Source: Brevundimonas sp.
GTDB taxonomy: Bacteria; Pseudomonadota; Alphaproteobacteria; Caulobacterales; Caulobacteraceae
Length of the DNA: 51,511 bases
Direction: 5' to 3'
NCBI GenBank assembly: GCA_046314055.1
Contig: JBKBXN010000001.1
Location: 1 to 51,511 of the forward strand
Below, in pieces: positions 51,510-51,511 of the stretch; the stretch's first letter is position 1; each line of letters starts with the position of its first letter. The notes under the pieces are model-generated. The model did not search any database. It had not been told where the DNA came from and saw nothing but the letters and a program-made list of their open reading frames with translations. A program made the translations under genes and the position numbers.

Positions 51510-51511
51510 GG

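Overview
High-GC alphaproteobacterial chromosome segment; gene content and style suggest Caulobacteraceae, probably Brevundimonas (inference). Left to right: (1) housekeeping and accessory genes: CPBP protease-MarR, a nested palindromic repeat, DUF3806, yaiI-arfB, two lipoproteins, ubiE-ubiB, a Crp/Fnr regulator, phhB and a frameshifted SDR. (2) tRNA-Arg(CCG), then a ~10.3-kb island (10045-20347) with no intact integrase. It keeps a 58-codon C-terminal stub resembling a large serine recombinase that reads into the tRNA, plus four copies of an att-like arm. These arms split it into two cargo modules: ECF sigma/FecR/TonB receptor/pectin methylesterase, and a secreted HExxH protein with PadR-DUF1700-alpha/beta hydrolase. 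(3) A conserved but functionally obscure MoxR cluster (DUF4129-DUF4350-MoxR-DUF58-SpoIIM-RDD) converging on a cold-shock-like/membrane fusion gene. (4) A colanic-acid-like polysaccharide locus: gmd, fcl, a low-GC wzx/pyruvyltransferase/GT/wzy/acetyltransferase/GT/wcaF cassette, wcaI, ugd, PMM/PGM, a ManC-AGE fusion and galE. (5) MCP-cheW, folE, an acyltransferase, a priming sugar transferase and the 3' part of dnaX. Family assignments come from recognising motifs by eye; no searches were run.
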